IMG/VR virus record: IMGVR_UViG_2887863138_000003
Coordinates: 1-64,000 of that record
Reading direction: 5' to 3' (one strand)
DNA length: 64,000 nucleotides
Source: a virus
Taxonomy: Duplodnaviria > Caudoviricetes
Part shown: in pieces, positions 48,204 to 57,720 of the stretch
Layout: every line of letters begins with the position of its first letter
How positions within the stretch are numbered: the first letter of the stretch is position 1
Translations under genes and position numbers: made by a program
The notes under the pieces: generated by a model
What the model was told of the DNA's origin: nothing
Database searches by the model: none
Seen by the model: only the letters and a program-made list of their open reading frames with translations

Positions 48204-48724
48204 ATCGCCTCCTCAACGTCTATCAATTTATTCGCGATAAGATACGCCAGCACCACCGCACACGCATCGCTGTCATCGTAGCCAGCCGCAAACTCGTAGT
48301 CTTCCGGCAATCCGAGTATCTTACGTACACTTGCCGCGACCTCGCCCTTCTCCGCCTTGCCATTACCGGTGACCAACCGTTTTACAGCCGTCGGACTAAT
48401 CTCGTCTGTCACCGTATAGCCATACCGAGCCAGCCCTTGGTCAACGGCCGCCCATGCTCCAAATACGCCTTGTCTCGCCCTTTTCGATCGGCCATCCGTA
48501 AAGTCTTCACGTATGATTGCGGTAAGTGGTCCGGCATCGTGAGCAACCGCTACCGTCTTGGCCTCAATGTATGCAAACCGCTGACCGTCCGTATGTGCAG
48601 TAGATGTAACGAGCGATGAAGCGTATATTAGCGTAGGCACCCGGTTCACTACGTCTATCACCGCAAATCCGGGGTTCATCGAAATGTCCAAACCGAGATA
48701 TCGTTCCTTTTTACGAGTAGCCAT
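48200..48724 (-). CDS. RuvC-like Holliday junction resolvase
   Basis: YLGLDIS, IIRED, PTAVKRLVTGNGKAEK, DDSDACAV. Confidence 0.82.
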   Translation of the reverse strand: MATRKKERYLGLDISMNPGFAVIDVVNRVPTLIYASSLVTSTAHTDGQRFAYIEAKTVAVAHDAGPLTAIIREDFTDGRSKRARQGVFGAWAAVDQGLARYGYTVTDEISPTAVKRLVTGNGKAEKGEVAASVRKILGLPEDYEFAAGYDDSDACAVVLAYLIANKLIDVEEAI

Positions 48725-48727
48725 CGG

Positions 48728-48931
48728 TCACCTCCGTAAGCCCGCTGCGCTCTCTAAATGACGCGCATAGTCGAGCAGATTGTCGTACACTACGTCTCTG
48801 TCCTCCGTATGTAGCTCGGAGGCTAAACGGCGGAGGTCGCCGGACACGACCGCCATCACCGTTTTAAGCGAGTCTACTTCGCGTTCTAATTCGTCATAAT
48901 TTTCGATCATCTCATAGGGAACTATTGGCAT
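48728..48931 (-). CDS. Phage hypothetical protein
   Basis: RBS, coupled. Confidence 0.55.
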   Translation of the reverse strand: MPIVPYEMIENYDELEREVDSLKTVMAVVSGDLRRLASELHTEDRDVVYDNLLDYARHLESAAGLRR

Positions 48932-49176
48932 TAGGCGGCCACCTCATCGAGCAACGACTCGTGGACCACTACTGATCCTTGAACTTTATCCGAGTAGATT
49001 ATATACAACAGTCCATCCTCATCCCTAGAAGCTTCTGGTTGATACGCAGAACCGAGTACGAAAACCATATCGCCTTCCGCAAATATAGTCTTACTACCAA
49101 TCTCGTAGTCGCCCCATTGAGCAATTAGTATCTCAGTGTTTAATATTTTCTTAGGACACTCTTTAAAATCAATCAT
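48931..49176 (-). CDS. Phage hypothetical protein
   Basis: RBS, coupled. Confidence 0.55.
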   Translation of the reverse strand: MIDFKECPKKILNTEILIAQWGDYEIGSKTIFAEGDMVFVLGSAYQPEASRDEDGLLYIIYSDKVQGSVVVHESLLDEVAA

Positions 49177-49771
49177 CAGGCCGCCACCTCCACGATTTTC
49201 GCCCCGTAAGGTACGTACTTCAACGGCCGATCCGGTGCATTTACGACTACATTCCGATAGTCAATACCGCGATAGTCTGCAATCGGCTTTAGCTTACGGA
49301 AGACCTCGATTGTGGCGAGCACATCGTTCATCGCGCGATGGTGTCCGTTTAGCTCGATGCCGTATCGGGCACATACATCTTTTAACGAAGCTGACTCCGT
49401 AGGTGCTACGAGCTTGGCGAGTGATCGGGTGCAGACGAACTTTTCAAGGAACATAACGCGTCCAGTAACAAACGATAGGTCGAATGGGGCATTGTGAGCA
49501 ACGACCGTAGTATCAGCGAAAAATTTACCTAACGCACTGGTAGCGAAGAAACTGTGAGTGCCTCCGTGCAACTCTCTCTCTCTGTGATACCCGTCAGTTC
49601 CGCGATAAAGTTTGGTAATTCGCGTCCCTCATCGAGCTGCACAAACGTCTGGAACCGACCATACTCACGTTCCAAATCCGTTCTGATCGCGGCAACTTCG
49701 ATAATTTGATCGTTCTCGTGGTCGAGCCCCGTCGTTTCCAAATCAATGAACGTGTAGATTTCGCCCATCAA
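49176..49771 (-). pseudogene. DnaQ/DEDDh 3'-5' exonuclease split by a 2-nt frameshift in an (AG)6 run
   Basis: FIDLETTG and ELTGIT in frame 1; VVAHNAPFDLSF and HHRAMNDV in frame 2; (CT)6 at 49572-49583. Confidence 0.88.
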
Positions 49772-50766
49772 GCCACCTCCTTATCGAGTATCGAAGTAAT
49801 TTGTTCGAACGCGACGATATACGATCGTTTCTTCCACTCAGGCATTCGCGACCTACGTACCATCGCCACTTGTCGTTCCAGTTCATCGTATTCTTCGGCA
49901 CTCAACGAAAGGGCGCACGCTGTCTTAAAGTTGTTAAACGTCCACTTTTCAAGGTCAAGCTTCGGCGGTCGGCCCTCTTTCGATCGGACAACTATGTCCA
50001 ACAATTCGTCCCGAAGTCCGATTCGGTCTTGATCCGTGATAGTCACGTGAAACACACGTAAATCAGGCTTGGCCGCGTATTCCTCATCCGTCAGTACCCA
50101 ATTGGCTTTAGACGCGTTCACATACACGATGAGGTAGTCGTCTAACGGTGCGTCAGAAGTCCCGTACATTTCCGTATAGCCGACGCATTGAGCAACGTGC
50201 TTGGCTTCCGGCTCGGTCATCGAATGGGGACTCGTCTTGGCTGCGGTCGTCTGCTTCGACTTGATTTCGAGTCCTACGCGACGTCCGTCTTTGTATCGGA
50301 GGATGCCGTCGGGCTTTCCGTAGAGGGCGAAGCGTTGGCCGTCGTGATCCATAACGTGTAGTTTCTGCGCGAAGTCCTCCCACATCGGAAGGCCGTCCGG
50401 TGTACGTTCGACGGTGAAGGGCGGTGCCTCCCCGAAAGCACGCTCGTAATGCTTCTCGATGAATAGTAGATCGCGTTGTATTACGTCACCGATTGCGGTA
50501 CCGAGTCGTGTCCAGCGTCCTTGGTGCGGAGGTCGCGGTTGGATATCCTTTTTGGCTCCACGTAGCTTTTCGTATAGTTCGCGTTTATCTGCGTTGGCGC
50601 TAGACGGCGAAAAGTACGGTTGGGCCCGAAAGTTGAAGAACGGGCGGGTACGAAGGGCATTCGCTTTCTGCTCGGAAATTATAGCGTCAAGCTCGCTGTC
50701 CCAAACCTCGGGCGCAGAATGCCATCGGTCAAGCATCATTTTGAAATCATCGGCTAGTTGTGAGAT
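49768..50766 (-). CDS. PD-(D/E)XK (Cas4/RecB-like) exonuclease
   Basis: LYGKPDGIL...VGLEIKSK...H.AQCVGY; AAAGGGGA RBS precedes ATC at 50766 (track start 50799 lacks an RBS). Confidence 0.78.
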   Translation of the reverse strand: MSQLADDFKMMLDRWHSAPEVWDSELDAIISEQKANALRTRPFFNFRAQPYFSPSSANADKRELYEKLRGAKKDIQPRPPHQGRWTRLGTAIGDVIQRDLLFIEKHYERAFGEAPPFTVERTPDGLPMWEDFAQKLHVMDHDGQRFALYGKPDGILRYKDGRRVGLEIKSKQTTAAKTSPHSMTEPEAKHVAQCVGYTEMYGTSDAPLDDYLIVYVNASKANWVLTDEEYAAKPDLRVFHVTITDQDRIGLRDELLDIVVRSKEGRPPKLDLEKWTFNNFKTACALSLSAEEYDELERQVAMVRRSRMPEWKKRSYIVAFEQITSILDKEVA

Positions 50767-51056
50767 AGAGCATCGTCCCCTTTCGTAACTGTTTCCCATT
50801 GGGTGATTTCTACAGTCCTTGTTACTTCTTCTACCTCAACCACATCGCCCCAACAACCATATTCATAGTGCCCAAAATAACTACCGGCACGCTCAACATC
50901 AAGCATAAAATGCTTCCCGTCAGGTGTTTTAAAAATACACTCGCACACACTATATTTCCCTTGATCTACCCACGAAGTCACTTCGACCTTTTCGTAATCA
51001 AAACCACACTCATCTCCAAAGAATATTGCCAAACGTTGTTCCTCCGTCGTCTTCAT
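50754..51056 (-). CDS. Phage hypothetical protein
   Basis: RBS GAGGGG; 100 aa. Confidence 0.6.
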   Translation of the reverse strand: MKTTEEQRLAIFFGDECGFDYEKVEVTSWVDQGKYSVCECIFKTPDGKHFMLDVERAGSYFGHYEYGCWGDVVEVEEVTRTVEITQWETVTKGDDALSHN

Positions 51057-51058
51057 AT

Positions 51059-53869
51059 CTACCCGTCCCCCTCTTCACTATCGAACCATTCACTCGGTTT
51101 AATCTCGCGCATCCAACACGGCTCGATTACTGTGTCACACGCTAAAGGCGTTAACAGTTCGACCGCACCAGTCATCAATCCGTCTAGGAGCGAGACTGCT
51201 TCTGGCGTCATCTGTTCGTTCGGTACGCTGAATTTAAGCTCGTCGTGCAACGTTAGGTTAAATTCCCAACCGCGTGCCAATACACACACGTAGTAAGCGA
51301 GAATCATTATGATTTGTAGTACGTTCGCGCCCGAACCTTGAATCGTATGGTTGAACGCTTGACGCTCGGCACGCCCTGTCGCTCGGATTAATTGCCAGAA
51401 CTCCGTGCGCTCCTCGAATTTTAGGCGGCGCGACTTCCGACCAAGCTCAGGGTCGTTCTTATCCTTGATTCCGGCCTTACTCATGAGTGTGCATAACCGT
51501 TTCCACTGCGCTACATATTCGGGGAATCTTCGTTTCTGACCCCATAGTGTCGCGACCCATCCGTATTTTCGAAGATGCTCGAACGTGGACTCAACCATCC
51601 CTTTGAATCCCGGCAATACCTCGTCAAACTTAGCGTAAGCAACTTTCGCCGCCTCTTCTGACACGCCTCGTTTAACCGCAGTCTTAGCAAACTGTTCAAC
51701 TGCCTGCCCGTAGCCCTCCGCAAGAAACATGTCCTTCATCAACTTACGGTAAGGAACCGTTGCTAGACCACCTTTGTAGGCGGATTCCTCACATAGCTCA
51801 CGATCAACCCCAAATAGAATTGCGGCAAACTCAACGTAAGGATCGAGGCCTTTTCGGTACATCTCCGCGAACGAATGATCATTAAACTCGGATGCCATTC
51901 GGTGAGCTTGAATGCGTGGCTCAATCGAGGACAAGTCGCTACCGAGGTACGTGTAACCCGGTGCAGGCTCGAATGTCATACGGACGCGTGTCCCCTCTTC
52001 ACTGCGCGACGGTATGTTTTGAAGGTTTGTTCCCTTCTTGACCCCAACATCGCAAGCTACGAGGGCTTCCATAGTAGCTAAGTAATTATCGTCACCAATA
52101 TGTGCTGGTTTTAAGTGGTTCGGCTTGCCTTTGTACCCACTCGATCCGTAGCGTCCAGTGGAAACTGTTCGGAGCTGAGTATGTAGGCGGCCGTCCACGT
52201 CTAAAGATTCCGGTATCTTATCAATGTATGTGCCGAGTAACTTGCTGTAGGTCGCGTATTCCGCCAGTGGCGCAAGGGCCGGCTCCTCTTCGAAGTACTT
52301 CTGCAATACATCCGAGGACACAGCGCGCTCCTTCTTCTTATCCTTAACGATTTCTTTCGTCCTGTCTCGGATACCCAACCGGTCATAGATGAGATACGCG
52401 AGGTGATCGTTCGATGATAGGTTGAACTCGCGGATGAAGTCGGGTGCGTTCTGTGGGATGGCTTCGGGCAGTTTTTCGGACTCATATCGTTTGCTCCGCA
52501 TTTTTAGATCGGCATATTTTTTCGTAGATGGATTGGAGGTCGCGAGTTCGGATCGGCACCGTTGGAGCATCTCGTGACGCTTTTGAATACGTTCTTGTTG
52601 CGCCTTACACCACGAACTAATCTTATCGCCTCGTAACGCCATCGACATGTCGTATAGGAACGCGTCGTCGATCTTGTAAGTATCGAATATGGCTTTCTCG
52701 GCGGCTTCGAACTTCGGCCGGAACTCATCGCCAAGCCCCGACAGCTTTACGAGATTGACCTGAAAGCCTGTTCGTTCGATTGTTACGTTGACCTCGGGCA
52801 AGAACTGGCGAATCTGGAAATATGGGACGTGAAGGTTGTCGCTCGCAAGCATCATTTCGATTTGCCAACGTGTCAAATACCACCCCTTGTGTACGTCCTT
52901 GATAGCGTAGATGCCCACGACCTCGATCGGGTACTTCATCGGGGAGGTACTGCCGAATAGATCCTCAAAGGTATAGTCGTCGAATACAACGTGATATCGC
53001 GAAGTAATATACTTCTTGTATTTCGTGAGTAATGGTTTCAACGCGTAGGATTCTTCGTGGTCATTTAGGATGAATTGTGCGTCCTTCGAATCATATCGGA
53101 TGCCTCGTGGTCTGAATCCGTCATTTAGCAGCATTGCCAAGTCAAACTCTGCATTATGAAACGACTTGACGTGACCCGCGTCTTCCATGAAAGCTCGGAC
53201 AGCATCGAGAGCCTTCGAACGTGTACACTGGTCTTCCCCGGTCAGATGCCCATACGCAACGTAATAACCTTCATCCAGTAACGGAAGCCAAAACGAGTAG
53301 CCGCCGGTCAGGTCGATCATTTTGTCCAAACCGGAGGTCTCGGTGTCCCACGCGGTAAAAGACTGTACGAGAGGCAGTTCGATGCCATACGAGAGCAACT
53401 TACGTCTGATGTGGGTATCGTTGAACAGCCCGAATGCCTTTCGGAACCATTCGTCTGCCTGTTGAAGCCGAACTTCTTCGCGTAGCCGATCCATCATACG
53501 AGCGAGTTGCCCGTCGTTTGTGATCACGTGGTAGTTGGTCGGCTTGTTCCGAAGAGTCTCCGCAATTCTCTCTTCGCGGGCCTCCGTGGCTTGCGCCGCC
53601 ATGATACGGCGCCCCATTTCGAGGACTTCGGCTTTCGAGAGCTTCTTCTCCGAGAGCCTGCCTATCGCCCCGGAGAAGAATGCGGTCTTGGCTGTTTCGT
53701 AGATGACACGTTCCTTGTCGGTTAGTTTCTGAGCGCCGACCCGCGCCCACGCCTGCTCGATCGTTTCTTTTGCGGCAGACTTACGTTTAGTCGCGTCTGC
53801 CACTCGTTGCTTAACCTCAGCGTCGGCTACGGTCGGTGAACGGAGTTTTAACGATAACTTTACGGTCAG
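51059..53869 (-). CDS. polA: Family A DNA polymerase with 3'-5' exonuclease; probable CTG start
   Basis: AWDTETSG, HNAEFDL, TNLQNIP, GSDLSSIEPRI (motif A), RKLMKDMFLAEGYG (motif B), NHTIQGSGA, TLHDEL (motif C). Confidence 0.93.
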   Translation of the reverse strand: MTVKLSLKLRSPTVADAEVKQRVADATKRKSAAKETIEQAWARVGAQKLTDKERVIYETAKTAFFSGAIGRLSEKKLSKAEVLEMGRRIMAAQATEAREERIAETLRNKPTNYHVITNDGQLARMMDRLREEVRLQQADEWFRKAFGLFNDTHIRRKLLSYGIELPLVQSFTAWDTETSGLDKMIDLTGGYSFWLPLLDEGYYVAYGHLTGEDQCTRSKALDAVRAFMEDAGHVKSFHNAEFDLAMLLNDGFRPRGIRYDSKDAQFILNDHEESYALKPLLTKYKKYITSRYHVVFDDYTFEDLFGSTSPMKYPIEVVGIYAIKDVHKGWYLTRWQIEMMLASDNLHVPYFQIRQFLPEVNVTIERTGFQVNLVKLSGLGDEFRPKFEAAEKAIFDTYKIDDAFLYDMSMALRGDKISSWCKAQQERIQKRHEMLQRCRSELATSNPSTKKYADLKMRSKRYESEKLPEAIPQNAPDFIREFNLSSNDHLAYLIYDRLGIRDRTKEIVKDKKKERAVSSDVLQKYFEEEPALAPLAEYATYSKLLGTYIDKIPESLDVDGRLHTQLRTVSTGRYGSSGYKGKPNHLKPAHIGDDNYLATMEALVACDVGVKKGTNLQNIPSRSEEGTRVRMTFEPAPGYTYLGSDLSSIEPRIQAHRMASEFNDHSFAEMYRKGLDPYVEFAAILFGVDRELCEESAYKGGLATVPYRKLMKDMFLAEGYGQAVEQFAKTAVKRGVSEEAAKVAYAKFDEVLPGFKGMVESTFEHLRKYGWVATLWGQKRRFPEYVAQWKRLCTLMSKAGIKDKNDPELGRKSRRLKFEERTEFWQLIRATGRAERQAFNHTIQGSGANVLQIIMILAYYVCVLARGWEFNLTLHDELKFSVPNEQMTPEAVSLLDGLMTGAVELLTPLACDTVIEPCWMREIKPSEWFDSEEGDG

Positions 53870-53887
53870 AGCGACCGCCTCCTTTCG

Positions 53888-55087
53888 TTACGCTACTCGT
53901 AAGTTAACGGAGGATTCTACTGGCGCGATGAGCTCTAGCTGATCCGCCTTAGTCCATGTTCCGTCGGTACTCTCCACAAACGCGGGCTTACTTAGCCGGT
54001 AAGGCATAGAAGTTCCATCATCATCTACGACAGTGGTGATAATTCCTACATGCTCATTTAGACCGTGACAAACCGATGCTCCAAGGAATCTTACCGTGTC
54101 GCCTACCTTAAACTTGCCAACCTTACGGCCGAGTGCGGCCCATTTCACCTCCTCGTCGGTTGCCTTCTCTAGTTGATCAGGCTTCGCGTAGCCCCTACTT
54201 CCATTTTGTCTTTCAATAGTCACTCCATCATCGTCCTCGCGTAAGCCAACAGTATAGATACCTCCATCATCAAAACCTAACAGTGGAAACTCTCTTCCGC
54301 CGCTAACCAAACGCACCTTATCGCCCGGCTCAAACTGATCAAGTGCGACTTTACGCAATGCTTCTGCAACCTCTTCGTCAGTGGCGCGGACTAGTCCATC
54401 CTCTAGGAACCAGCCTGTGATCCTCTCGTCTAAGTCCTCGGCACGGTATGGCGTGCGGGACTCATCATCGCAGACAACCTTCACGATTTGCCCAACTGAG
54501 GCGTGTGTCATATCGGCCTTTACCACTTTCGCATACTCCCCGACTTTCAAACGTTTAGCTTTCTTCTTCATCGCTTCCAGCTCGGCAACTCTCGCTTGTG
54601 CCGCGGCTAGTTCCTCGTCGATGGAAATCGGCTCTAGTACGACGTATTCACGGTGATAAAGGCCTACCCCTGACCCACACACCGACACACCGGTACTACG
54701 CTTTGACGTAACATACAGAACATCCCCATTCTTATAGGCACTTCCTGCGTACTGTGCATTCACAACGATGATCTTCTCTCCCGGTTCTGCCTCTCGCGCG
54801 ACCTTACGATAAGTCACGCCCTCATGCGTTACTAGTTCGTTCGGAACAGTGCCGATTTTTTCGAGTAACTCGTAATCATCTTCATCGCCCACAGTGTCGT
54901 ATGTCTCGCCGTACTCGTTGATAATCTGCGGGTCATCGAAATAGTCGATTTCTACTACCTCATACGGTTTTTCTGCTACGATATAGTCTCCGTGCGACTC
55001 ACCATACATTAGGTAATCGCCTACCTGCGCATCACGATCCGTTACCACACGATATTGAACGCCATTTACCGTTTTGAAGTTTGCCAT
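53888..55087 (-). CDS. Phage protein built of ~5 KOW/SH3-like repeats
   Basis: AQVGDYLM, AEPGEKIIVV, LKVGEYAKVV, FEPGDKVRLV, FKVGDTVRFL; LVRATDEEV/LEKATDEEV linkers. Confidence 0.7.
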   Translation of the reverse strand: MANFKTVNGVQYRVVTDRDAQVGDYLMYGESHGDYIVAEKPYEVVEIDYFDDPQIINEYGETYDTVGDEDDYELLEKIGTVPNELVTHEGVTYRKVAREAEPGEKIIVVNAQYAGSAYKNGDVLYVTSKRSTGVSVCGSGVGLYHREYVVLEPISIDEELAAAQARVAELEAMKKKAKRLKVGEYAKVVKADMTHASVGQIVKVVCDDESRTPYRAEDLDERITGWFLEDGLVRATDEEVAEALRKVALDQFEPGDKVRLVSGGREFPLLGFDDGGIYTVGLREDDDGVTIERQNGSRGYAKPDQLEKATDEEVKWAALGRKVGKFKVGDTVRFLGASVCHGLNEHVGIITTVVDDDGTSMPYRLSKPAFVESTDGTWTKADQLELIAPVESSVNLRVA

Positions 55088-55089
55088 TA

Positions 55090-55485
55090 TTAAACCGCCT
55101 CCGATAATTGTTTTTTAATAACAGTCGATAACTTGCGCCATTTCTCGTTGATATTGTCCGGCGTCGCCCAATATTCGGACAGCTCCCGATTTTCAATCAA
55201 GTACACTTCGCCGTCGAGCACCCCGATGAGATAATCCGCGTCGTCCCGCGTGTAAACTTCGCCACTATTACGCGATCCACATACAACGAGCGCACCGCCC
55301 CGGTCCTCCCGTCTACGTACGGTCTTTACTTGAAACGTCTGCCAGTCGCGTGACAACGGGTGCCGCGCTACAATGTCGTACACTTCGGGGGCTTCGGGAT
55401 TGGCGATCTCATAGCCGTTAGCAAGGAGCGCTGTTTTCGCCACTAGCTGCGAATGGGCTCCGATATTATTCGAGTAGTTCGCCAT
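55090..55485 (-). CDS. Free-standing PD-(D/E)XK endonuclease (group I intron-associated type)
   Basis: EVYDIVAR...TFQVKT...YTRDDADYLIGV. Confidence 0.7.
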   Translation of the reverse strand: MANYSNNIGAHSQLVAKTALLANGYEIANPEAPEVYDIVARHPLSRDWQTFQVKTVRRREDRGGALVVCGSRNSGEVYTRDDADYLIGVLDGEVYLIENRELSEYWATPDNINEKWRKLSTVIKKQLSEAV

Positions 55486-55503
55486 CTGGTCGCCTCCTCT
55501 CGG

Positions 55504-56259
55504 TTAAAATGGCAAGTACTCGTCGGAAACGGTAATCGGCCCGTCCTCTAATACTGATTGATCTACGTTCTTCGTCGCGTTTTTGAGAATTTCGCGGATA
55601 TCGTCCTCGGTGCGGAAGTTCGCGAGTTCTTCGTACTTGATTTCGGTCGAGCCGATAAAGGCACGTGCAGCATCGAGTACCCCTTCGTCAAGGTCAGCCG
55701 ATTCCAGCGAGTACGATTTATCCGCCTTGCTGATCGTGACCGCATCGCCTGTCAACGTGTAGTCCGGCTTAAACTTTTTCGCGGCTTTTTCAAGCTTATC
55801 GAAATCAATCATGAGATTGTTAGCGTGGAACTCCTTAAGGTCAAGAACACGCCACGTCTTATATTCGGGATCGTATACCGGCACCATGAAGTAAAGTTTG
55901 CGTTTGGCTTTCGCCTTGCACGATAAGCAATTAGTTCCGTTTGGCTTCGCGTACTGGTCGAATAGAGTAACGCCTTCGTCTTCGTTAGCTGGCGCCTTCT
56001 TCGGACTGTGCGAGCACGTATGCTTACGGTAGTAGGTTTCGCGTGACGGGTACTTCTCGCCATCCTCATGCGTGTAGTAAAAGTACCATTCGGTATACGG
56101 CGCGAGGAGGACAAACGTCTTGCCGCCGGTCAGTTCTTGACTGAGCTTAACGTAGCGTGTAACACCTTCCGGCAAGCCTGCGTTAATGCCTCCGCCGGCT
56201 CCTTGTGCTGCCTTGTCGCGAGCCTCTTCACGTTCTTTTAACTTTTCACGGATTCCCAT
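55504..56259 (-). CDS. Probable single-stranded DNA-binding protein (gp32-like)
   Basis: His/Cys cluster HTCSHS..CLSC, RKLYFMVPVYD, acidic C-terminal tail DEYLPF; ATG at 56259 with AAAGGAG. Confidence 0.65.
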   Translation of the reverse strand: MGIREKLKEREEARDKAAQGAGGGINAGLPEGVTRYVKLSQELTGGKTFVLLAPYTEWYFYYTHEDGEKYPSRETYYRKHTCSHSPKKAPANEDEGVTLFDQYAKPNGTNCLSCKAKAKRKLYFMVPVYDPEYKTWRVLDLKEFHANNLMIDFDKLEKAAKKFKPDYTLTGDAVTISKADKSYSLESADLDEGVLDAARAFIGSTEIKYEELANFRTEDDIREILKNATKNVDQSVLEDGPITVSDEYLPF

Positions 56260-56278
56260 GCACATCGCTCCTTTAACG

Positions 56279-56685
56279 TTATGATCGGTGGATTGCTTCG
56301 AATTGGTCTCGTAGTTCCTCGCCACTTGAAACATCGGAGGCGTAGTAACGTAGCGCGTTGATCAACTTACCCATCGTGTGTTCCGTTAGCTGAATCGTGT
56401 ATGTCTTCTCAACGGCTGGTGTCGTGGAGATTAGCGTGATTGGTGTGTTGTGTGCGGGGTCTGTCAAAGGCTCTAGCACGACGTAATTCTGAAGAGAAGT
56501 ATACCGACGTCACCTATGTCATCGTAAAACGTCGCATCACCGTCTAAGTCAAAGCCCACTAGCGCGTAAACCTTATCCTTAGTTAAATCAACCGTTGGTT
56601 CTGTAATCTGGATGAGCCTATCGCCCATTAACGCCTCACGTTCAACCTTACGATACAACTTACTTTCGTGAGTAATCGTCTCCAT
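56279..56685 (-). pseudogene. Frameshifted paralog of the KOW/SH3-repeat family
   Basis: LYRKVEREALMGDRLI...; a one-base shift near 56510 joins it to YTSLQNYVVLEPL. Confidence 0.65.
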
Positions 56686-56863
56686 TATCAACACTCCTCG
56701 TCATCATTTCGGACACCGGTAGTCCCGCGTCCGCGAGACGGCATGAACGGTCGTCTACTAGAGTAGCTTGCGCTTTGCCCCCACAGGTTTACGACAGGCA
56801 TACGGGGCGCCTCGCCTTCTTCGTCCACACCGCCTTGCCGACGCGGGAGGTCGGCTGCTTCTC

Positions 56864-57388
56864 TTACGCGCTATACACCGCAAGGGACTTCGCTACGTTT
56901 TTCTTTTCTAGCCGCAAAGCCCGCAATTCCGCGTTTAATTGCGTGATGTGCAAATCAATACCGTTGATAAGCGCTTGGCACGCGTTTATGGTCGCCACAC
57001 TCCGGGCTCGTTCACGTTTTAAGACAATGCGCGACCTCTCAACCGTCATTTCCGCAATTGTGATGCGGGTCTTTCTGCTCAACGATGACTCCTTTCGTTC
57101 GAGCTTCCGTAACTCTTTGGTAAGATAAATACATACTTTATCACGGACATCTGGCGTCGGTTTAGTGTATTGCATGACCGTGACTACGAGGTCAGATGAC
57201 TCGTGAAGGATGATTCCGATTTGACCACGGGCGTACAATCGGCCCGGCTTGCCGTACTTATCTATCGTTGTGCTTATGAACATTGCTCGCGACAGTTGAT
57301 TCCGAATCCATTCGGCAGCTTTCGTTTGACTTACGTTGAATCGTTCGACTGCGCGTTTGATCGCGTGAGATGAAACGGTGAGATTCAT
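56864..57388 (-). CDS. Hypothetical protein, N-terminal SHAIKRAVER domain plus coiled coil
   Basis: HA..R..ER pattern as in DUF4258/RelE-like folds; coiled C-terminus. Confidence 0.6.
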   Translation of the reverse strand: MNLTVSSHAIKRAVERFNVSQTKAAEWIRNQLSRAMFISTTIDKYGKPGRLYARGQIGIILHESSDLVVTVMQYTKPTPDVRDKVCIYLTKELRKLERKESSLSRKTRITIAEMTVERSRIVLKRERARSVATINACQALINGIDLHITQLNAELRALRLEKKNVAKSLAVYSA

Positions 57389-57525
57389 CCGAGCCGCACC
57401 GCCTTTCCGAGCAAGGTGGATGAGGCGGGTAAGGTAATCGGAATATAGTCCGCAGGATCATCATAGGGCGGGAAACCTCCGTTGTAGATATATTCGATAT
57501 TTTCGGATTGCTTACGTTTAGGCAT
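57385..57525 (-). CDS. Small hypothetical protein
   Basis: MPKRKQSENIEY...LG*, RBS CGGAG, TGA/ATG overlap with the next gene. Confidence 0.5.
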   Translation of the reverse strand: MPKRKQSENIEYIYNGGFPPYDDPADYIPITLPASSTLLGKAVRLG

Positions 57526-57720
57526 CGGGATCATCTCCGTTTCAAGAGTAATTATTTCGCTATGTTTAACAGAACGTTCTGTATAATGACAATTAAAGAT
57601 GGTTAAGATTTTGTAAGGACCACTTGTTATAATTGAGAACAACTTAGAAGTACTCTATAATGACAATAAGAAAGAGATACGACGCGCATATGCTCGTTCG
57701 TAATAATTTCTTAGGTTTTG

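Noticed and set aside
33604-56725. Shared 11-mer CCGGTAGTCCC in two intergenic regions
   Set aside because: Many 11-mer repeats are expected by chance in 64 kb and the flanks do not align
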